Shown in pieces: positions 35,687 to 40,105 of a DNA stretch of 40,105 nt. Both the position numbers and the translations under genes were made by a program. Below the pieces are notes generated by a model. It searched no databases. It was not told the origin of the DNA and saw only the letters and a list, made by a program, of their open reading frames with translations. The stretch lies in IMG/VR virus record IMGVR_UViG_3300032216_000836, positions 1 to 40,105 of that record; one strand, written 5' to 3'. Origin of the DNA: a virus (Duplodnaviria > Caudoviricetes). Within the stretch, counting starts at the first letter, position 1; every line of letters starts with the position of its first letter.

Positions 35687-35892
35687 ATGGATTAATTGAT
35701 TACAGAACAGAAACCCTTTCTCATATGTCCATTGAAAGGATCACTAGAGAAGTTGCTCAAGCAATGGCGCATGATGTCATGAAATGGGATGAACAAAAGA
35801 GAATTGATTTCTTCTATGATCTTTTGTTAGATGTTACCGATGAGACAGTCAAATGCCATTGGATTGATTTTGTCGCACCTTACGAGGATTAA
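35683..35892 (+). CDS. Acidic hypothetical protein
   Basis: 69 aa, ATGA overlap. Confidence 0.65.
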   Translation: MNGLIDYRTETLSHMSIERITREVAQAMAHDVMKWDEQKRIDFFYDLLLDVTDETVKCHWIDFVAPYED

Positions 35893-35899
35893 GTGAGAC

Positions 35900-36055
35900 A
35901 TGATAAAAATTGGAACCATTGGGGTTCAATTGAATGATGAAAACCTATTGATAGTAACTAAAATAGAAAAAGACTTAATTTATTGTCATAGGTTCAGAGG
36001 TAACAAGAAAACCCTCAAATTGCCTTTAGATCAATTTAAACCCTTAATTTATTAA
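35900..36055 (+). CDS. Hypothetical protein (51 aa, not in ORF track)
   Basis: MIKIGTIGVQLNDENLLIVTKIEKDLIYCHRF...; ends just before a terminator. Confidence 0.55.
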   Translation: MIKIGTIGVQLNDENLLIVTKIEKDLIYCHRFRGNKKTLKLPLDQFKPLIY

Positions 36056-36066
36056 AAACCCTCTTT

Positions 36067-36092
36067 GCCCTCTTGATTGAGGGCTTTTTTTT
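36067..36092 (+). terminator. Intrinsic terminator
   Basis: GCCCTC-ttgatt-GAGGGC followed by T8. Confidence 0.9.
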
Positions 36093-36361
36093 GCTTATTG
36101 TTTTCTAATGTGAATTCAAGTATTTAAAGCTTTATAAAGGGCTTTTTTAGGGCTTTTGAGGCGTTTTTTTCGCTGGTTGATGGGTATATATTCGTTTTAG
36201 GTTTAACCGATTGTAAGGTGTTTAAATCGATTTGAATGCTTTTTTCCTATATCTGCTTAATTTTTAGGCAGTAGGGAGGGGTTTTGAGGGTCATTTTTGG
36301 GTTCTGCTGCAAGTCAACCCCCCATCAAATAAAGACCCCCCGTCAAAAATTTAGCCCCCCT

Positions 36362-36634
36362 TTAACATTTCCAATTGCGTAAAGAAGCTTTGGCCCTTTC
36401 AGCTGGACCTTTGGCATTTCTAACTACGCCAGACATTCGGGCACAAAATGATGCCTTGCGTCCTTTATCCTTTTCTGTTTTGGGGCTAGGTGCTGGTGCT
36501 TTTAAGTGGCTGCCATTCTTTTTGTTGTATTCAGCACGCCCTTTAGCGGTCATCCCTGCACCTTTATCGGTGGGGTTATATGTTTTGCCCTTTCCCGTGG
36601 TTTTGTGGGCAATGGGTTTATCGTGCTTTTTCAT
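36362..36634 (-). CDS. Basic phage protein (SFCARM family)
   Basis: GMTAKGR...RKASFCARM...SLRNWKC. Confidence 0.75.
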   Translation of the reverse strand: MKKHDKPIAHKTTGKGKTYNPTDKGAGMTAKGRAEYNKKNGSHLKAPAPSPKTEKDKGRKASFCARMSGVVRNAKGPAERAKASLRNWKC

Positions 36635-36792
36635 TTCTTTTTAGCAGTTTTGGCAGAGTTGGCAAATGCTTTAGCAGTAGGCGCACCCTTTGAACCAGGC
36701 TTTCGCATCTTCTCAACAGGCTTACCTTCTGCCTTTTCACGGGCTATCCGTTCCTGCTTTTTATGGATATTGGCATAGAGTCCAGGCTTCAT
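36631..36792 (-). CDS. Small basic protein (GLYANIH family, 53 aa, not in ORF track)
   Basis: MKPGLYANIHKKQERI...MRKPGSKGAPTAKAF; ATGA overlap. Confidence 0.75.
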   Translation of the reverse strand: MKPGLYANIHKKQERIAREKAEGKPVEKMRKPGSKGAPTAKAFANSAKTAKKK

Positions 36793-36793
36793 A

Positions 36794-37153
36794 TTAATCC
36801 TTTCTGATCAAGTAAAGAGTGCGGTCAATTTGAGTTTGAATAGCATCCACCAAGGTTTGAATTGCGCTATCTTGTGGTAGTTTGTCTCTATTTTGCTCAA
36901 CATATGCCTTGAGTGCAAGAACCTCCTCTTCACCCGTGGATGCTGGGTGGTAATAAGTTTGAGGGAACTCTGGCACAAAGTTATAGCCCCCCATCATTGC
37001 TTCGGCAAGCTCATCAGTAAGCTCTCCCAGCAATTCATAGAATTTACCTAAGACTTGGTGTCTAAATCCATTGGTTTCTTTCCAATGCAGTAAGTGGGCG
37101 TTGGTCACCCCGTGGAGCATAGTTAATAAAAATTCGCCTATTGGGTCCATCAT
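36794..37153 (-). CDS. Ferritin/Dps-like four-helix protein
   Basis: HLLHW...H..L..FYE.L....D.LAE pattern. Confidence 0.7.
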   Translation of the reverse strand: MMDPIGEFLLTMLHGVTNAHLLHWKETNGFRHQVLGKFYELLGELTDELAEAMMGGYNFVPEFPQTYYHPASTGEEEVLALKAYVEQNRDKLPQDSAIQTLVDAIQTQIDRTLYLIRKD

Positions 37154-37437
37154 TTCACCTCAATTAAATCTTTTTCAAACAAATATCCGATAGTCTTGCG
37201 GTGGGCCATTTCCCACAATTCAACCTTCTGCTCTTTGTCTAGCTTATTTCCCTGGTCAATTGCCATGTGGCACGGGTAGCAAAGGGCAGCGATACGGTAA
37301 TCGTGGGCTTTAAGCCCCCTTCCCTTCCCATCTCTGAGTTGGTTAGAGTGCGCCCCAACAATCGTGTCATCTTGGATTCCGCAGATTTGACAAGGCAATT
37401 CTCGCATAAGTTGCAATAATTTGGGATTTCTGTACAT
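37150..37437 (-). CDS. Zn-binding HNH-like nuclease (DUF1364/DUF968-like)
   Basis: PCQICG, GAHSN, GRGLKAHD and LCYPCH. Confidence 0.75.
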   Translation of the reverse strand: MYRNPKLLQLMRELPCQICGIQDDTIVGAHSNQLRDGKGRGLKAHDYRIAALCYPCHMAIDQGNKLDKEQKVELWEMAHRKTIGYLFEKDLIEVK

Positions 37438-37770
37438 CTACATTCCATTCTTTATTTCAACACGCCTGTTGTACTCTAGAACCTTCCAGACTTCGATTCT
37501 AAGCTTGGCAGCGTCCAACATATATCTAAGGTGCTCCTTAGTGTTTTCTGCGGTTTTGAGGGCTTCTAAAAGGCTTATATAGTCCTTATGGGCATAGGCA
37601 TAGGCTTCTTTAGCCCCCAGTGAGCCAGACTCCTCCCCCATCAGCTCTGCCTTCTTGGTTTTTAAGTAGCGTTCTAGGTAATTAGCCTGGGCTAGTGCAT
37701 CGGCATAGTTCTTAGACTCACGCTGAATGTATTCAATGGCTTTGTTGGGATCAATTTCTTCCACGGCCAC
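37438..37770 (-). CDS. Helical hypothetical protein
   Basis: 110 aa, GTG start with GAGGGG SD. Confidence 0.7.
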   Translation of the reverse strand: MAVEEIDPNKAIEYIQRESKNYADALAQANYLERYLKTKKAELMGEESGSLGAKEAYAYAHKDYISLLEALKTAENTKEHLRYMLDAAKLRIEVWKVLEYNRRVEIKNGM

Positions 37771-37794
37771 CCCCTCTTTTTCTCCATCCTTTAG

Positions 37795-37983
37795 TCATGG
37801 TAATTCCTCTATTGTGACTTTGACTTTAACAACTCGATGCGTTCCTGGTCGCTCTAAAATCACACAAGCCAGTGCATCCATTCTTCTTCCAAATAACAAA
37901 TAAGGGGATTCATCAGAAAATGGTTTTACTAATTTCCCACCCTTTTTTACTATCGCAAACCTTTGACACATTGTTTTTCTCAT
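37795..37983 (-). CDS. Hypothetical protein
   Basis: 62 aa, TAATG overlap. Confidence 0.55.
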   Translation of the reverse strand: MRKTMCQRFAIVKKGGKLVKPFSDESPYLLFGRRMDALACVILERPGTHRVVKVKVTIEELP

Positions 37984-38216
37984 TAAAAGTTCTCATTGAT
38001 CAATTTCATTAAACCTTTTTCAAGGTCACCGTCACCATATTCTATGAGTAATTTAAGTTGAATAGGGTTGGGGTTTATCAGCACTTGCAGACCGAACTTA
38101 GTCTTTGGCCTACCCGCCCCTTTTCTTTTACCCCCCCAGTTTTCACTTTTGACCCCTGTATACCACCAAGGTTTTCTATTCTGAGGTATTTGATCCAGTA
38201 TTTCGTAATCAATCAT
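37983..38216 (-). CDS. Small DNA-binding-like protein
   Basis: WGGKRKGAGRPK motif. Confidence 0.65.
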   Translation of the reverse strand: MIDYEILDQIPQNRKPWWYTGVKSENWGGKRKGAGRPKTKFGLQVLINPNPIQLKLLIEYGDGDLEKGLMKLINENF

Positions 38217-38310
38217 TGATGCACTCTATAGCGAGAAAGACAATCAAAGCAGCAGCGATCAATACTGCCGTCCAAAAGAACAATATAACCGTAGTCCAAA
38301 AAATACTCAT
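38209..38310 (-). CDS. Small membrane peptide (33 aa)
   Basis: MSIFWTTVILFFWTAVLIAAALIVFLAIECIND; ATGA overlap with rusA. Confidence 0.5.
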   Translation of the reverse strand: MSIFWTTVILFFWTAVLIAAALIVFLAIECIND

Positions 38311-38729
38311 GATATTTCCTTGATTAATACCTCCACATAAGGTTCACCATAAACCTTAGTAGCGTGTAAGTCCACAATCTGTGTGTCATCCACATAAACC
38401 ACCCCGTTAATGCTGTCGCAAACCGCTTTAACCACATTGTCAATGTCAGGTTTCTTAGTAGGTCTTTCAGCATTTGCTAAACAATCTGCCTTGCGTGCTT
38501 TTGAATAGGACGCAGGCACTGGGTAGGAAATGTAAATAAATGCTTCTAATGGGGTTGTAAGGGGCATAGAAGCACCCATAGCGACCATTGCAATGTCTTT
38601 TATCTTGCTTTCATAGGTTCTGGTTTTATTATCTGTATAAGTTGTTACAAATTTACCACGCCTAGCAAAGCGTGGACGGCCCTTACCTTCAGGTTTACCA
38701 GGAATCTTAAAAGTCACTACAAAAGTCAT
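38307..38729 (-). CDS. rusA: RusA-family Holliday junction resolvase
   Basis: GKGRPRF and KPDIDNVVKAVCDSING..Y.DD.QIV. Confidence 0.92.
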   Translation of the reverse strand: MTFVVTFKIPGKPEGKGRPRFARRGKFVTTYTDNKTRTYESKIKDIAMVAMGASMPLTTPLEAFIYISYPVPASYSKARKADCLANAERPTKKPDIDNVVKAVCDSINGVVYVDDTQIVDLHATKVYGEPYVEVLIKEIS

Positions 38730-38926
38730 TCCAATTCTTTCATTCGTTGTGCTACCGCTTTGCCGATACCCTTGTACATTCCTGTTGGATGCTTTTGCAT
38801 GATATCTATTTGATATCTAGCGTGGTCAATCCATCCTGGTAAGAGTGCAAGTCTTGCATAGTGATCAATAAGAACTTGAGGGTCCAACCGTCCAAGGTGG
38901 GTTGATAAGGTTTCTTTCTGTGTCAT
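38726..38926 (-). CDS. Hypothetical protein
   Basis: 66 aa, ATGA overlap with rusA. Confidence 0.55.
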   Translation of the reverse strand: MTQKETLSTHLGRLDPQVLIDHYARLALLPGWIDHARYQIDIMQKHPTGMYKGIGKAVAQRMKELE

Positions 38927-39077
38927 CTAAGAATCCTGTTTGGATGAGCTTGTGTTCAAGGTTACTGGCGGTATTCATATCACCAGTAATAATGAGTGCT
39001 TGAGTAACCTTGTAGCTTGGCTCAAATAGTCCATACTTCACATTATTCAATACTTGATTTGCTTCTTCATAGTTCAT
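38865..39077 (-). CDS. Hypothetical protein
   Basis: 70 aa; its ATG abuts the stop of the nested methyltransferase frame. Confidence 0.55.
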   Translation of the reverse strand: MNYEEANQVLNNVKYGLFEPSYKVTQALIITGDMNTASNLEHKLIQTGFLDDTERNLINPPWTVGPSSSY

Positions 39078-40056
39078 TTAAGATTCTCCATGCTGTTGCT
39101 GCACACAAAGGGACTTGTCCGTTTCCAATGGCTTTAAGTCTGTCCACCCTATCGGCCATCCCATGAGCCACTCTACCCACATTGGGTTCAACTGACCACC
39201 AATTTGCTGACCCGAATCTCGAACTGCTTGATTGATCGTATATTGAGCTGGTTGTCCTGATTTTCTTTTTGGAATCCAATTCGGTTGCGTCCCTCTCTGA
39301 CCGCAATTTGCATCTGGAGTTGGCCATTTGTGCATATTGCTCACTTGATCTCTCAAATTGGCTGGCTTGGTTCTGTTCGGTCTTGCTTGTGTTGCTTCTT
39401 TCATCAATGCTTTTTCTGATTTCGGTGGCAATGTGTCCATCGTTGTTGGTGTAGCCCATTTCATTTGTATCTCTGGATTGCTTAATGTGTAATTCACTCC
39501 TCCTTTGGCTTTCCATGATGCGCTTGTTTTTTTTGTGATGTGATCCGAGGATTGTGGGGTCGGTAGTTTTTCCGACAATCCATATTCTGTCCCTTTGATG
39601 ATTTGCGCCAATGTCTGCTGCTCCCAACACTCCCCATCTCGCATTAAACCCCATTGAGGCCAAGTCTCCGAGAACTCGTCCAAGTCCCCTAGAAGTGAGC
39701 ATTGGTGAGTTTTCCACGAAGATGTACTTGGGTTGTACTTCGTGAATGATCCGTGCCATTTGTCCCCACATTCCTGATCGCTCTCCGTCAATTCCTGCAC
39801 CTTTTCCTGCTGCGCTGATGTCTTGGCATGGAAAGCCCCCAGATACAACGTCAACAATTCCTCGCCAAGGTTTTCCGTCAAAGGTTTGTACATCATCCCA
39901 AATCGGCAAAGGCGGGAGAAACCCGTCATTTTGTCGGGCGCACAATACGCTAGCTGGGTATTGTTCCCATTCGACTGCACAGACTGTTCGCCATCCGAGC
40001 AAATGTCCCCCAAGTATTCCTCCACCAGCACCTGCGAAAAGAGCCAACTCATTCAT
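39067..40056 (-). CDS. C5 cytosine DNA methyltransferase, alpha-type chain (motifs I-VIII and X)
   Basis: LFAGAGG (I), GGFPCQDIS (IV), ENS (VI), HQRDRIW (VIII), RLKAIGNGQVP (X); no motif IX in this frame. Confidence 0.9.
   Translation of the reverse strand: MNELALFAGAGGGILGGHLLGWRTVCAVEWEQYPASVLCARQNDGFLPPLPIWDDVQTFDGKPWRGIVDVVSGGFPCQDISAAGKGAGIDGERSGMWGQMARIIHEVQPKYIFVENSPMLTSRGLGRVLGDLASMGFNARWGVLGAADIGANHQRDRIWIVGKTTDPTILGSHHKKNKRIMESQRRSELHIKQSRDTNEMGYTNNDGHIATEIRKSIDERSNTSKTEQNQASQFERSSEQYAQMANSRCKLRSERDATELDSKKKIRTTSSIYDQSSSSRFGSANWWSVEPNVGRVAHGMADRVDRLKAIGNGQVPLCAATAWRILNEL
39078..40052 (-). CDS. Nested alternative-frame methyltransferase partner, beta-type chain (TRD-like modules and motif IX)
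   Basis: 324 stop-free codons; LPTP, WATP and WPTP modules; LNPMWVEWLMGWPIGWT motif-IX-like segment; shares SD AAGGAG. Confidence 0.75.
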   Translation of the reverse strand: MSWLFSQVLVEEYLGDICSDGEQSVQSNGNNTQLAYCAPDKMTGFSRLCRFGMMYKPLTENLGEELLTLYLGAFHAKTSAQQEKVQELTESDQECGDKWHGSFTKYNPSTSSWKTHQCSLLGDLDEFSETWPQWGLMRDGECWEQQTLAQIIKGTEYGLSEKLPTPQSSDHITKKTSASWKAKGGVNYTLSNPEIQMKWATPTTMDTLPPKSEKALMKEATQARPNRTKPANLRDQVSNMHKWPTPDANCGQRGTQPNWIPKRKSGQPAQYTINQAVRDSGQQIGGQLNPMWVEWLMGWPIGWTDLKPLETDKSLCVQQQHGES

Positions 40057-40105
40057 AATTCTCCTTGTTTATTTCAGACATAGTTATTCCTAGGGTGATA
40101 AGACA

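Overview
The window looks like an essentially complete, circularly permuted ~40 kb tailed-phage genome with a podovirus-type virion: terminase, portal, scaffold, capsid, adaptor, tail fibres, nozzle and ejection proteins, with no tape measure. The Rz/Rz1 spanins and GH19 endolysin indicate a Gram-negative host. A freshwater betaproteobacterial host is only my inference from gene content. Layout: (i) 1-1043, control region with a structured RNA, a minimal replication protein, a leaderless Cro-like gene and divergent sigma70 promoters; (ii) 1070-3807 (+), early/recombination genes including ERF, SSB-like and acidic peptides; (iii) 3886-5249 (-), GNAT plus metallophosphoesterase; (iv) 5337-33473 (-), late morphogenesis and lysis genes with an embedded FkbM/GT2/split-GT9 module and an HNH endonuclease; (v) ~33500-36360, an AT-rich (+) island of small genes and a GP88-like Fe-S protein, bracketed by C-run motifs; (vi) 36362-40056 (-), nin-like region with RusA and a C5 DNA methyltransferase. 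I recognised no integrase, CI repressor, DNA polymerase, helicase, tRNA or CRISPR array. The strongest oddity is the methyltransferase locus, where two ~325-aa frames overlap almost completely, share one Shine-Dalgarno and carry complementary motifs. Next are a candidate virion-glycosylation module beside a Ser-Gly-repeat fibre, a c4/CI-like RNA switch, Pho-box-like promoters and apparent genome-wide absence of CCGG. All family calls come from reading motifs by eye; no searches were run.
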